NCBI RefSeq assembly: GCF_006345805.1
Contig: NC_043005.1
Span: 59,458,001-59,522,000 of the forward strand
Length of the DNA: 64,000 nt
Source: Octopus sinensis
Lineage: Eukaryota
Direction: 5' to 3'
Position numbers and translations under genes: made by a program. Below are positions 14,299 to 28,097 of this stretch, in pieces. The notes beneath the pieces were generated by a model. The model ran no database searches. It had not been told where the DNA came from and worked only from the letters and a program-made list of their open reading frames with translations. Each line of letters begins with the position of its first letter. Position 1 is the stretch's first letter.

Positions 14299-14638
14299 TC
14301 GTAGGATCGCGGTTTCGATTCCCAGACCGGGCGTTGTGAGTCTTTATTGAGCGAAAACAAGTAAAGCTCCACGAGGCTCCGGCAGGGATGGTGGTGATCC
14401 CTGCTGTACTCTTTCACCACAACTTTCTCTCACTCTTACTTCCTGTTTCTGTTGTACCTGTATTTCAAAGGGCCGGCCTTGTCACTCTCTGTGTCACGCT
14501 GAATATCCCCGAGAACTACGTTAAGGGTACACGTGTCTGTGGAGTGCTCATCCACTTACACTTTAATTTCACGAGCAGGCTGTTACGTTGATCGGATCAA
14601 CCGGAACCCTCGTCGTCGTAACCGACGGAGTGCTTCCA
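14299..14638 (+). mobile_element. SINE family C, 5'-clipped
   Basis: GTCGTAGGATCGCGGTTTCGATTCCCAGACC...CGTCGTAACCGACGGAGTGCTTCCA. Confidence 0.85.
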
Positions 14639-14744
14639 TATATATATATATCCAGTGGGGAATAGCAAGAAAAAACGTAAGATGTGCTCGAAATAATTGA
14701 GGTGCAAATAGCACTTTTAATTTACATGCCATTATCATTTCTTT

Positions 14745-15092
14745 TCTCTTTTACTTGGTGTCGGTCATTAGACTGCGGTCATGCTGGGGTATCACCTTCA
14801 AGAATTTTTATTCTAGTGTGTCGACCCCAGTAGTTACTGTTTAAAAGTCTGGTACTTATTTTATCGGTTCCCCTTCGCCGAACTGCTAAGTTACAGGGAC
14901 GTAAACATCTCTGCACCGATTGTCAAGATACACATATATGAATATTTATACAACGGGCTTCTTTCAGTTTCCATCTACCAAATCCACTCACAAGGCTTTG
15001 GTCGAACAGAAGCTATAATGGTGCCACGCACTGGGACTGAACCCCCGAGCCATGTGATTGGAACGAAAGTTTCTTATCACACCGCCACACCT
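14745..15092 (-). mobile_element. SINE family A, diverged copy
   Basis: Reverse complement of family A tail, body (TTTCAGTTTCCATCTACCAAATCCACTCACAAGGCTTTGG) and head. Confidence 0.75.
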
Positions 15093-15731
15093 GGCTACTT
15101 TATGACAATTGCTAGTGCAATATATAAAAGCAAAGAAAATTACTTATATAGCTGATAATAAATATACAATATCAGGTGACGTTCTAGTACAATGTTCGAG
15201 TGAGTGAGGAAATGGAGGAACTATTGTATCAGTGGATGACACTAAGCCGGCTGTCTACAGCAGTATTATCATAAACGAAGTAAAAAAAAATACCGGCAGT
15301 GTTGAAATTGATAATTAGTTGGCATTCTATTAAACTAGTTAGTAATAAAGCAAGCTCTATCAGTATTTTTCACTAAGAAAAAGTGTTATGTAAGATAATT
15401 GAAGTTAAGCCTCGATTTAGACAATGAGAAAAATGTAGTATTCATAATAAAAAGGATAAATAATTGACACTGATAAGTGTTAACTGTTTGGTAGTTATAT
15501 ATGGCTTCAACCTGTTAGGATAGATTAACAGATTCAATTGTTGACATGTTTTGTTTTGAACATGACTTGTGGACAAATTTTATCTTGTTTTCACTAAAAG
15601 TTAAGAAGTAATTTAACGAAGACTTGTATTTCGAAATCTCCTCCGTTATACGGAGTAGACAGAGTGTGTAGATGTTAATTTAGGTGGTACTTTATATAAG
15701 AATTATATCTATTTATATGCATATATATGTG

Positions 15732-15781
<50 letters not shown>

Positions 15782-15789
15782 TATACGTA

Positions 15790-16625
15790 TAAAATATAAC
15801 AAATACAAAAGTGGGACAAGAACTCAAAATATCCAGACAGTTGGATGATACAAAAAAAGGGACAACAAAGCATCCACACAGACAATACAAAGGAAACAAG
15901 GACGGGTCATTCGGAGTTTTCTTTCCTCAGTCGAGTTCCAGATTATCTTTGCAATTTCGGCTGGTTATACTTGAGATTGCTCCAATATGGCCAGCTCCAA
16001 GGGAAAACTAAGCTAAGAGCACTAGATTCCTATGAAGAAAGCAGCGAATTTATACAAAAACAAGGACGGAAATGAAGGGAGATATGGTACACAAATAAAA
16101 ATAACAGGACATAACAACGGGTGTCTTTCGACTAAGGACGAATTAAATTAAGCTGGCGTGTATGGAAGTAAAGACTTACGACAGGGACATAAGATTTGAC
16201 TGGCGCAGAGAGGAATATAGATGTTGTACGGATGGTAGTCAAACCAAGAAAGAAAGGTCAGGCTTGGCCGAACACCGGTCACGTGAGGAGAGAAGAGAGA
16301 GAGGTAGGGGCCGAAGGATAGAATAATTAAGGAGAAGCGAGGAAAGATGAAAGGGAGAGAGTGAAGTGAAAGAAGGAAGGTGAGCATGAAGGTCAAGGAA
16401 TGTGAGAGAGGGGGAACGAAAGAACGAAGAGTGGAATGTACGCAGAGTGAAGGGGCTGACAGAAAGAATAATAGAGTCGTACAAGATTTAGATTTATATA
16501 TACTTACATATAAGGGACCAAAGTGTACGTACGCCGCTATATTTTAAATATAAAAAATACAAAATTGGGACAAGAACGCAAAAGATCCAGACAGTTGGGT
16601 GATACAAAAAAGGGGACCTTGCAAT
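15790..16625 (-). mobile_element. Probable Penelope-like remnant with partial direct terminal repeat
   Basis: ATACAAAA.TGGGACAAGAAC.CAAAA.ATCCAGACAGTTGG.TGATACAAAAAA.GGGAC occurs at ~15802 and again at ~16556. Flanked by (TA)n; no coding remnant recognised. Confidence 0.45.
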
Positions 16626-16634
16626 TTCAATTTG

Positions 16635-16678
<44 letters not shown>

Positions 16679-16764
16679 CAAAGTGAAATTGTAAGGTACC
16701 GCAAGAGCGAAAATATTGAGGAAAGAAAATTTGAAAATGCAAGGTCTTTTAAAGATGTTTATTG

Positions 16765-16804
16765 ACTTGACCGGTTTCATTTTAAAAAAACGATTTTCGA
16801 AAGT
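16765..16804 (-). ncRNA. Degenerate hammerhead-like motif, U3:A8 variant
   Basis: ACUU-UCGAAAA-UC-GUUUU(uuu)AAAAU-GAA-ACCGGU-C-AAGU: perfect 4-bp helix I, palindromic helix III, GUC triplet. Confidence 0.45.
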
Positions 16805-17098
16805 AAACTGTAAAGTTTGTGTAGCCTTTTTAGCATTAGAAAATGGTTATCATAGACGTATTAAAAACAGTAATACAGTCTTTGACAATGAGAAGAAAAT
16901 ATTAAGAAATGGAATCGTTGACAATGATAAGAAAATATTTATAAGTTCATCAAAAATCATTATTGTATTTAAGTATATATACAGAAAGACTTTGTAGACA
17001 GTATTTGATAGGAGAAAGCGTGTATTGCTTCGTCAAAACTTCATCAGAAATCATATTTATGCATTTATATACATATATATATATTTATACATAGACTG

Positions 17099-17159
<61 letters not shown>

Positions 17160-17460
17160 ACTTATAAAATACAATAAGCGGGTACAGCATTCAGTGATTT
17201 ATTGAACATACACGCGTTTCAACAACGTGTAGTAGTATTTCAAGATATTTTTGTGAAATTTTGGTAAATATATGTGATAAAATGAGATGTCAGTGTTAAC
17301 TTCATGGTTGCATAAGTTAGACGACAATTATATGTATATATATACACACAAAATGTGGGGGATTAGTTCACATCTTGCCTTAACGTTTTTTTATCTTCTT
17401 TAACAAGTACACATACCCACACAGATATAAATCTATATTTATATATATTTGAATACATAC

Positions 17461-17526
<66 letters not shown>

Positions 17527-17536
<10 letters not shown>

Positions 17537-17731
17537 AAGTTAATCCAAACAAGAAAACACAAAAAATACAACAACGCGAGGACGTGAAACAAATATATTA
17601 TTATTGGACGCTCAGGAAAGAAGGGAAGAAGGAGGGTTTAACGTTTCAAGCGGAGCTCTTCGTCGGAAACATAGGAGAAGGAAAGATCCAGAGAAGGGAA
17701 GACAGAGGAAAAAAACGGTACACACGAGGTC

Positions 17732-17735
<4 letters not shown>
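17527..17735 (-). mobile_element. Penelope-like terminal fragment, family E
   Basis: AAAGTTAATCCAAACAAGAAAACAC...TTGGACGCTCAGGAAAG...GTTTAACGTTTC.AGCGGAGCTCTTCGTCGGAAAC, embedded between two (TA)n tracts. Confidence 0.6.
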
Positions 17736-17818
<83 letters not shown>

Positions 17819-18140
17819 GTACGTATATATATATGTAGATCGTACTAATAAAATACAGAAAGTGGGTTCGTTCTTACGATCGCAGGCACGATGGCTAGTT
17901 CATTGTAAAATATTTTGACAGATACAAACACTTTGGTAGGTAGAAGAAAAGAATAAAGGAGGTAGGAACAAGCCCAATACCACTTTGCTTTACATACTGC
18001 TATTCACACTCAACAGCATACACATTCTGTCACACTTCTAGATTACTTCTACGAGCTTTCACAAAGTGTTACTTTATGCAGTAGTAATGGCAGAAATTCT
18101 AGAGTGTAATATTTATTATACTAAAGATGAATATTATGTG

Positions 18141-18222
<82 letters not shown>

Positions 18223-18714
18223 TGTGTGTGTGTGTGTGTGCGCCCCCGTGTGTGTCTGTGTATTAAGAATGAAGTCAAACTATGTAATATTTTGAGTGCA
18301 TTTAAAACGTACGCTTCACATCATTTCTCAATAGATTTAAAAATACAAGAAATTCATCATTTAGGCAAAACCTTCGGTGAAGAAATTTCAAAATTTGATA
18401 AAAGCCGATCGCTTAATGAGAAGCACGTTGGATTATCTTTGAAAATGCCAAAATGTAAAACAGGTTGTTGATTATCTAAAATACACAGATTCCATTTGCG
18501 TACGTGCTATGCAAGTCAAATTGGTAGTGCTCTGTTTGTGCAAAACTATAATAAATGGAATTGGCATGACTGCAGTTTTAGCTATAGTGTTAAGAAATGC
18601 GATCCATGACGAAGTGAATCTGAATTTAATAACACAATGGGACACACGGAGAAGTATTTTGTGTAAGAATTGATTAGAATTTCATAAACAGTAATTGTGC
18701 TTCTGCAACATTCT

Positions 18715-18841
18715 CATATATTCTCTTATTTTTTTTACTCTTTCACTTGTTTCAGTCAATTTGATTGCGGTTGTCAAGCGATGGTGGTGGGAACAAAAAC
18801 ATACACACATGTATGTATGTATATATGTGTCTGTGTGTGTA

Positions 18842-18880
<39 letters not shown>

Positions 18881-19255
18881 GCCGGGATTCTTTCAGTTTC
18901 CGGTCTACCAAATCCACTGCACAGGCTTTGTTCAGCCGGAGCTATAATAGAAGCCAATTGCCCTAGGTGCCAGGCAATGGGAATCAACCCGGAATGATGT
19001 GGTTGGGAGGGGAGCTTCTTACCACACAGCCACACAAACGTATACACACACACACACATACACACACACAAACACACACACATATATATACATGTATACG
19101 ACTGGCTTCATTCGGTCTCCGTCTACGAAATTCACTCACAAAGATTTGGTCGGTCCGTGGATATAGTAGAAGGTACTTGCCCAATATGCAACGCAGTGGC
19201 ACTGAACACGGAACCGTGTAGTTGGGAGCAAGCTCCATACTACACACCCACGCCT
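18715..19255 (-). mobile_element. Two adjacent family A SINE copies (18715-19035 and 5' half 19085-19255)
   Basis: Both contain TTCAGTTTCCGGTCTACCAAATCCAC-like body and AACCCGGAA/ACCACACAGCC-like head on the minus strand. Confidence 0.75.
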
Positions 19256-19284
19256 GCATGTATGTATGTATGTACGTATGTACG

Positions 19285-19314
<30 letters not shown>

Positions 19315-19316
<2 letters not shown>

Positions 19317-19520
19317 AAGGGAAAGTTTACGAAAATAAACAAAAGACGAAGGCAGGTGGTGTACAAAACAAACAGATGTATTAGTATAGCGCTCAGGAAT
19401 TGAAAAAAGTCTTTTACATTTCGAGCCTACGCTCTTCTACAGAAAGGTACACAGAAAAAAACATGGAGAGAAACAAGGAGAGAGAAAAAAACATGTGCAG
19501 TGGCTAACGATCTATCATGG
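19315..19520 (-). mobile_element. Penelope-like terminal fragment, family D
   Basis: GAAAATAAACAAAAGACGAAGGCAGGTGG...ACGCTCAGGAA...TTTCGAGCCTACGCTCTTCTACAGAAAGG, flanked by (TA)n. Hammerhead-like motif at 19411-19446. PLE origin is inferred from that motif. Confidence 0.6.
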
Positions 19521-19729
19521 CATATATATATATATATATATATACATACATACATGCATATGTATAGATGTGTATACCTATATGTATATATATATATAAA
19601 TATATATACATATATGTTGTCTAGTGACTGTCACCAGTAAAACTATAAAAGGTTAAATGTCTTAGTCGTACACAGAAAGAGAGAACCGAAATACTTTTAA
19701 TGCTTTTCTTTCACTCCGATTGTTTGCAG

Positions 19730-19846
19730 GTTATAACCGTAATTCCCAGGAAGTATTTGCTGAGACCAAATGAAAGTGTGCTATTCCAGGTCCTATTCGT
19801 AGACCGAAGCTCGCCTGCATTCTATGAAATTCAGCTTGTCTGTAAG
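19730..19846 (+). CDS. CFAP65: CFAP65-like internal coding exon B (39 codons, phase 0-0)
   Basis: tgtttgcAG acceptor, AAG|gtaaag donor. VITVIPRKYLLRPNESVLFQVLFVDRSSPAFYEIQLVCK continues exon A in frame and resembles recalled human VSVSPMIGVVAPEETVPFVVTLRASVHASFYSADLVCK. Confidence 0.82.
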
Positions 19847-22800
19847 GTAAAGCGATTTTGACTATATTAATTAGCAATTGAAGAATTTAACATTTTCGTT
19901 GAAAAAAAACAAAAGAGCGAACCCTATTCGTAAAATCGGATGAAATATATCTGTAATACTGTATTGCTTATGAATTCATATACTTTCACGCTCCATTGAT
20001 GAATATACAAGTGCCTATTTCATATGATTTATGGATCCTTAGACGGCTGACTATCCATCCATCCATCCATCCATCTACTTACCTAGCTTGCTGGGTAAGT
20101 ATATTTCTCTGATAGCGTTTAAGATGCTTATGTCATACCATGAAATGTGTCCAGCTTATTTACACCATTATGATAGCAAAGTGGTTGACTGAAGTACCTC
20201 AAAGTCTGAGCACCATTTCGTGCATTATTTGCATTGATGCTAGGTTAAAATCATATTTCGGGAAATACAAATATTTAAACAAATTGTCACAACAGACTTG
20301 AACTTGAAAATAATATGGAGCTGACTTATTTGTTAAATATCCAAAACGAATATTTTAAAGTACATTCTCGTATAACAATTGAAACTGCGTGTTACAACAG
20401 ATATCTTCTAGCACTATAGGTTAAACAAATTGAATGCGATCAAATTTGAGCTACGTGACTAATGTTTGCTTGAATTAGTATGCTAACTATATTCCAAAAA
20501 AGGTTTCGCTTCTGTTTCAATGTTGAGTGTTTACTAATACACAGTTAATACACAATAACATTAATTGCTATAAATGTAATCCAACCGGCTTACTCAAGAC
20601 TAGAAAACTGACCGTAAAACAGCCACGTTCTTAGAGCAGACAGCACACTCCTTTCAACAGTTATTTGTATTAGACACATATTTTCCTTAAGTGGTCATGG
20701 ATATTACAAGAAAGATCATCGTACCTTTGGCGGGAAGAGATCTTGGAATTTGCAATAGAATTGAGATATTTAATTTGGTTTCTTGCTTACTTATTTCAAA
20801 GTTGCCAAAATTTCCAATCTAAACATGTATAGCATTATTTCATTATTTTTAGAAATCGCCAGCGTATATTGATAAAACATTTTATGAAAGGAGACATTTT
20901 CTTATAGATAAAAATAATTAGTCTAGAGGAAAGGCATACTGTTTCTTTTTTTGTTTTTGCATAGAATGTTAGTAATTTAGCAATCAAGAGATAAAAGGGA
21001 AAATTAATTCTTCATATGACTATTTCTAGAGAACTCCAGCTTGGGAAGATGTATTAAACTAGCAAATAATTCCAGTTCGCTAGTCGTTTTCAGATATAGT
21101 CGTTTTCAGGTATAGTCTTTGAGGTGCAGATATTATTTGAAGCTGTTATTTCAAAGTAGTATAACCTTTTGTTATGTAATAGAACAGATATTTATTCGAA
21201 AGCATAACACCTTCATGGTTGTTTACATTTTAGATGGATTTTCTTTTCGAAATTACTTCTAGAAATTTTCAAATGCGTTTTCCCTTAGCAGTCGAAGCTT
21301 TTGTAAGAGAGATAATCCTTTCTGCGTAATATTTGGCGAGACTAGGAATTAAGGAACAGTAAGAAAAAAGGAGCATGGAATTTAACCATGTAAATGATTT
21401 TTTTTTTGTTTACTTATTACGAAGTTTGTTAAATTTCGGGTTGGTCGTAATCGTATGCAGCATTAAATCATTTTTTCTTAGAAATCGTCAGCGCAGTATA
21501 TACTTTGAACTAATGTAAGCATATGTATGACTGTCAGCTGAAATGCCTCCAATTCATATTTTTAACACTGTTTTGTTGTATTCATGTTAACATTAGATAT
21601 ATCTTCCTGGTTCATTGCACCTAGATATAAAAAAATCATTTAGTTTAAGTGTAAATGGTAGAAACATCATATAATTACTAATTGTGTTTTAGTGCTGCTT
21701 TCAAATTCTGCAACAGGTATAGCTTTGTATTTAGTTTGGAATTTTACAGTAACGGAACTGTGAAAGGGAGACTTTCTTAACTGGCGCCTTTAAATAAAAC
21801 GATCTTTAACAAGAGAATGTTGAAGTGGAATATATTTATTAGGTTAAAGTTTGCTATAACTGTACTAGAAAAAATATAATTAGAGTAACCTTTGAAATAG
21901 TCTATCCTGTCAAGTAACTGCAGTATATCAAAACTTTTCTTCAAACTTGACACATTTAGAAACAATATTTTATGTAGTTCGTTAAATATTCAAAGGAGCT
22001 TCAACCATGATGACGAAATAGTAAACTTTGGTACTCAACTAACATCACAAAACTTAGATGAAAGATGTTTGCGTGTGTTTCAATTATCAATGCAGAAAAA
22101 AAGCCAGACCGACTACTTCATGGTGATTCTTAATTTATTATCCCGACCCGATTTCTTTTGACATTGTCACAATTTTGCCTACGTCTTACTTCAAGAAATA
22201 TACATATATATGTTTTATGTAGTCAGAGAAACTCCGATGTGCAGAAAGCTAGAGACCCAGTATTAAATGCGTGATTTTTTATTTTAACTTGAATCCGTAC
22301 CGTAGCAATAACTTTTACATTATCACACTTGAGTCGATAAATATAATCCCTGATCGATCCAGTCATCACCATCAATTTCTTACGCATCTGTATCCATTAG
22401 AATTTATATCATTTATAGACGCAGAATTATTTTTTTGCGTATTTTGTATCAATAATTGAAACTATATTATGTTGATGCATGTGACGTAGCTCAGAAAGTA
22501 AACTGACTGAAAACCAGAGAGTGATGAAGTAATTGCATATAGTCACAGGCCAGCCTTGAAAAGATCTATTAAAACAAAACAAAAAAGATTCCAGCCATGG
22601 CTATTTCATTTTATTGGAGACAATGCGTATCTTAATTTCAGGCTTTTCCTTTAACAAGATAGTATTTCCTTTTTCTTGTTCTGCTGACATGCAGTTAAAT
22701 AGAGATTGCAATAACGGAATTTCACTTTACTTACGTTGGAATTAATCTTGGTTAAAGCCCCGAAGCTGTGTTTGACAATTCTGCTCTTCTCAAAATAATG

Positions 22801-23419
22801 CCTCCGTGTCAAATCAAAGTAGAAACATTTGAATGGCGATAGCAATAGAGCAGTAATTAAGCTCCTGACATGTGGAAACTTCAACATATTTTCAAACCAC
22901 TTCTGAAGCCATTTCCATTCATTTAATCGGTTAAGCCCTCCGGGAAAAACATTGGTTACTATGCACCATGTCAACAAATCGATGAGCGATGAAGGAGCCA
23001 GCATTGAATCTCTAAATCATTTAGAAATAGTAACTAGACGACCGCTTAAATTACACTCGACCGTCAAGAAAATGGAAGGAAACAGTGGTTAATGTGATCT
23101 TGGATTAATAATACTCATGATGTCGCCATGGCTGGAAAACCTTTGATAATAAATCTGCCACTCATAGTTCACACAAGTCTAGATAAAAACAATAACACAA
23201 GCGAGTCATTTAACTTAGCATTGTTTTGGTAGGTAGAAATGTTGACAATTAAGCTTCTGTTGTTATAATTACATTCCGTATAATTACAAACTCTGTATAT
23301 ATTTTTATTTAGCACTATTAAAATCGGTGATGATAAACAGAAAACACTGCTAGAGTAATTATTTCAATATGCGATGACCACCTAATTGAAATTCGTTTAT
23401 TCTTTTCTTTTTATTCTCC

Positions 23420-23520
23420 TCTCTCTCCTCATGAATCCTTTCTGTAGAAGAGCGTAGGCTTCAAACGTTCAGGAATTCTTCCAATTTTCCTGAGCGTCAA
23501 ACTTAATACACATTTGTTTA
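23420..23520 (+). mobile_element. Decayed family-D fragment in opposite orientation
   Basis: CCTTTCTGTAGAAGAGCGTAGGCTTCAAACGTT...TCCTGAGCGT...TAATACATTTGTTT. Confidence 0.55.
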
Positions 23521-23979
23521 AATTTTTATGCGAGCGTTTAATTTCAGTTTATATATCTAAGGGAAAATATAAGTCACACGATCTCTGCAATAAAGATGGA
23601 ATAGCTATGGCTGGAAGCTCTTTTTGATCATAGATCTCTCAACGTCAGAATGAAATATCATTGTAACTAACATTATTTAGCACGCCACTCCAGGAAAAAA
23701 TTTGTATTCCAATTGGTTGTCGTTGTTTTATGTTTAAATAGTTTCGAATGAAAAATTATTGGTACAGTGATGTTAGAGAGGGTTCGCAATAGACATCACA
23801 CACACACAACGTCTGTCTTTACATTCTGAGTTCAAATTCCGCTGAGCTCGACTTTTTTTATCTATCCTTTCGGGATCGATGAAATAAGTATCTGTTGAGG
23901 AGAGGAGAAAATCTAATCGATTTAGCCCCTTCCTCGAAAATTCTGGCCTGGGACCAAAATTTGAAACCAGTATATATTA

Positions 23980-24010
<31 letters not shown>

Positions 24011-25057
24011 AGATAGGAGAGCTAAGAGAGTGAGAGAGAGAGAAAGAGAGAAAGGGAGGAAGGGAGAAAGAAAGAAAGAGAGAGATAATGTCGCTATCTT
24101 CGTTGCGCGTCAGCCCTGTAAGAGGCTAATGCATGTTCATGACAGATAGATTTTTAGAGCTTGAAAAACAATGAAAAATTTTCGGACGATGTCTTATGAT
24201 GCAAAGAATGTAGAATCACCAACTAAAAATGTTTACTGTCTCATTGTGTCAATGTCAGTTGCACGACTTATCCTGTCACGATAACCATTCTGTAGCATAT
24301 AAAAACATGTCACATGTGAAGTGGGTGCTAATCCTACACGTATTATTTTCATTTAGCCAAACCTACTGTAACGCGTAGATGTAAAGATCTATTACGTCCG
24401 CAGTGCTAATCAGCGCGCTAGCATTTATGTAGACCACCTAACAACAAGGGGAGTTGGGAACTGTTTAACGTCTTAACCGAACTGCGATCTTGACCTTGAG
24501 ATTCCAGTGGCGAAACTATTACAGGCACCATCAAGCTGATACAGCTCTTATTCACTACTGAATATGTATGCGTATAATATATATATGCGAGCAAAACGCC
24601 CCCCGTCCAATAGACGGTGCTGAGTTGTCAAACATTTAAACCAAATTTTCTCAAAACAACTAGTCCGTCCGACCGTCCCACAGGCCTCCCCTTTGAGAAA
24701 CACTGATTTAACCTAAATTTGAGACACCAGCAAAAGAAGAGATAAAGATAGACATTTTTCTATCCCAAAGAAAAACGAATTTTATTCACACAAATATGCA
24801 ACCGAAGAGTTTAAAGTACCAGTAATGATAAGGCTGTTGACTGGAAGAACACAAACATGGTTTAAATAGTAAGCTTGGCAGGAAAGAAACGAAACGTCAA
24901 AACCAAGGGTCAAGCTAATACATTCCTTGTGCACGTCCTCTTGTAGTCTGCTAATTTTATCATTTTTTTAATTTCAATTGATTGTTTAACTGAATCGACC
25001 ATTCTTTTATTTTTTTACTTGTTTCAGTCATTTGATTGCAGCCATGCTGGAGTACCG

Positions 25058-25105
<48 letters not shown>

Positions 25106-25110
25106 TAAAC

Positions 25111-25415
25111 GAGGCAGTCAGAATTTGGATAATTCTTCATCAGCGCTTTCGTTCGTTTATCGAACTCATCAAGACAAAATCAAAATGATAAAATCAGAAC
25201 GTTTCGTTGTTCATTCAGTGAAACGGATGTTTTTTTTTTGTTTTCTTTGCTTAGAAGAAGAGAAAATATTTTTGATTTTTTGAGAAAAGTGATAAATAGA
25301 GAAAGAAAATAAAGAAGAGGGAGAAAAATAGACGGCTAGAGAGAGATCCTGAACCCTCTCTCTGTCTATTTTTCTCCCCCATCTTTGCTTTTCTTTCTCG
25401 CTTTCTTGCTGTCCT

Positions 25416-25466
<51 letters not shown>

Positions 25467-25661
25467 ATTTTTCTCCCCTCTCATTGCTTTTCTGTCCCTC
25501 TTCCCCTCTTTTTCTAAAAGAGGATAAATATTTTCTCCTCTTCTAAATGATTCATATAAATGAACAACGAAACGTTCTGTTTTTACCAATTCGATTTAGT
25601 CTTGAGTTCGATAAACGAACGAAAGCGCTAATAAAGTTTTATCCAAAATTCTGACAGCCTC
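25111..25661. repeat. ~550-bp imperfect fold-back (inverted duplication) of a Penelope-like terminal fragment
   Basis: GAGGCAGTCAGAATTTGGATAA...AGAACGTTTCGTTGTTCATT (left) mirrors AATGAACAACGAAACGTTCTG...TTATCCAAAATTCTGACAGCCTC (right). Inner GGGAGAAAAATAGAC and TAGAAGA.GAGAAAATATTT segments are also mirrored. Confidence 0.85.
25136..25179 (-). ncRNA. Degenerate minimal hammerhead-like motif
   Basis: Minus strand reads UUUGU-CUUGAUGA-GUUCG(auaaa)CGAAC-GAA-AGCGCU-G-AUGAA. The mirrored + copy at 25595-25636 has H17=A but lost 3 nt of the core. Confidence 0.5.
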
Positions 25662-27113
25662 CTTTTTCTCAATATACAATATCTGTACACCATTTCAAAC
25701 ACTACACACACACACACACACATCACACTTCTTTCTGTTCTACCAAATTCAACCACTCTTTGGATATCATCGTAACCCTGATGTGTTGATTCTAGAATAA
25801 AGTGATTGGGTATCTCATTGATTTACTCTTTTATCTTGTACTTACTTGAAATGAGGATAATCTTCATTCTAATAATAACCTTGGTTTAGCCGATATTATT
25901 ATTTTTTTCTTTGAAGACATAAGATGAAAAGCTGAAATAGATTTTCTAGCATTATAAAAATATATTCAATGCATCATCTGTATAATTTACGTACTCTGTC
26001 AAATTAAAATTTTAGACAACATATCTATGAACCCGCTTATGTATGATTTCACAAGAACTAAAGAAAAAGAAAAGAAAAAATGGACAGTTAGGAAATAATG
26101 CAATGCAAATTATTTGTCGGTTGTAATTAATTGCTGGATGAAAAAAAAATATATTCATTAACGGCTTATCTATATGTGTGAAAATTGCTTTATAATCATT
26201 TGAAAGAAAGACTCTGTATTTGATCTGAATATTAATTTTTTTCACCCCTGTGGTCTGCTGACAGAGTAAATTCAGTTATTAGATAAACTAATTGTCTATA
26301 GTGTTATTGTTGTTGTTATTGTGGAGTGTATGAAAACTAAACGTAGCCGTTCTGGTTATTACATATTGATATATCTATGGTAAAATGTAGATTTATGAAT
26401 GAATAGATTTTCTTTACAAATGTCACTTCATTTTGGATTTTCTTTTTTATTTCTTGACAATTAATAATTCTTCTGTATATGCCGAATCAGCTTAAATTAT
26501 TGTTCCAATTAGAGTTAATTTCAAACCGCGTTAATATTACTTATTAAAAAGCCAGTAAGCTGTCAGATTCGTTACCCAGCAGGACAATATCTTAGCGGGA
26601 TTTCGTCAGTTTTTGTTTTAAGCTCATATTCAGCCGAGGTCGACTTTGCTTTCCTTATGTCGCAGTCACTGGGGTCCCTCAACTTGCTAGCTGTGTACCA
26701 AAATTTGAAAACAATATTAATCATTCAAATGAAGCGTTTAGTTGGCTAGATGTTTATCGCACACGGCAAATGTCACCGAGCAAAGCACCTTATGCCGATT
26801 GACTGTGCACTACTATATATATCACCCTGAATTTTCACACAGACACATACAGACACACATTACACACATTAGAATGTGTGTGTGTGTGTGTGTGTGTGTA
26901 TGTCTGTAACGTTCTCGCTATGTCCCTTTGACAGAGTACGTAAATTATACAAATGATCCGATGAATTAAGAAGCTGTGACGAGTGACAATTCTGTAAAAA
27001 ATAATAATATTTCATGTGCTTAAATCATATAAGCGATCGCCGTTTATTGAATAAAGAAAATAGTATAACATTGGGGCGTATAAGCCCTTGACAGAAAAAT
27101 GTGGGATTTGAAC

Positions 27114-27490
27114 GCGGCGAGTTGGCAGAAACGTTAGCACACTGGCGAAATGCTTAGCAGTATTTCGTCTGCCGCTACGTTCTGAGTTCAAATTCCGCCG
27201 AGGTCGACTTTGCCTTTTATCCGTTCGGGATCGATAAATTAAGTACCAGTTACGCACTGGGGTCAAGTAATCGACTTAATCCGTGTGTTTGTTCTTGTTT
27301 GTCCCCTCTGTGTTTAGCCCCCTGTGTGTAATAAAGAAATAGGTAATTCGTCTGCCGTTACGTTTTGAGTTCAAATTACGCTGAGCTCGACTTTGCCTTT
27401 CATCCGCACTGGGGGCGATGTAATCGACTCAATCCCGTTGTCTGTCCATGTTTGTTCCCTTGTAGACAATAATGAAATTAGAAAAATGTG
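27114..27490 (+). mobile_element. SINE family B plus tandem head-less second monomer
   Basis: GCGGCGAGTTGGCAGAAACGTTAGCAC...GAGTTCAAATTCCGCCGAGGTCGACTTTGCC...GTGTTTAGCCCC...AAAGAAATAG|GTAATTCGTCTGCC. Confidence 0.8.
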
Positions 27491-27502
27491 GGTTTTCTGT
27501 AC

Positions 27503-27583
<81 letters not shown>

Positions 27584-27930
27584 GAGAGAAATAGATAGAT
27601 AAATAGATAGACTGATACAAGTCCGCAGTACCCACTGTAACGTTGGTGCTACTAAAGCCACCCAGCTCAAGAAACCTGCTATAATGGGCAATAAACAATG
27701 ATGCTGTCCCTGGACACATCGGATTGTCTCAAATCATTAAGTACGTATCAGTCTGGTAAAAGAACGTTGAATGATGATGATGATGTTGCTGGTAATGATA
27801 TTGTATGTGCATTTATGAGCGTTTGTATGCTATTCAAATAGCGCTTTCAATAGGTTTGCTTTTCGTCAGATTATTTATATTCATACACATACACACACAC
27901 ACACATTTATATATATATATATATATATAA

Positions 27931-27963
<33 letters not shown>

Positions 27964-28051
27964 GTGTGTGTATGTATATATATATATATGTATATGAATA
28001 TATAGAAATATATATATATATATATACATACATACATATATATATGTATAT

Positions 28052-28097
<46 letters not shown>

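Noticed and set aside
15905-15935. CUGAGGA...CCGAA on minus strand as a hammerhead
   Set aside because: Canonical core half, but helix I and helix III cannot be closed.
17020-17052. CUGAUGA-A-GU(uuug)AC-GAAG on minus strand
   Set aside because: Only a 2-bp helix II, GAAG instead of GAAA, no helix I/III; at best a very decayed motif.
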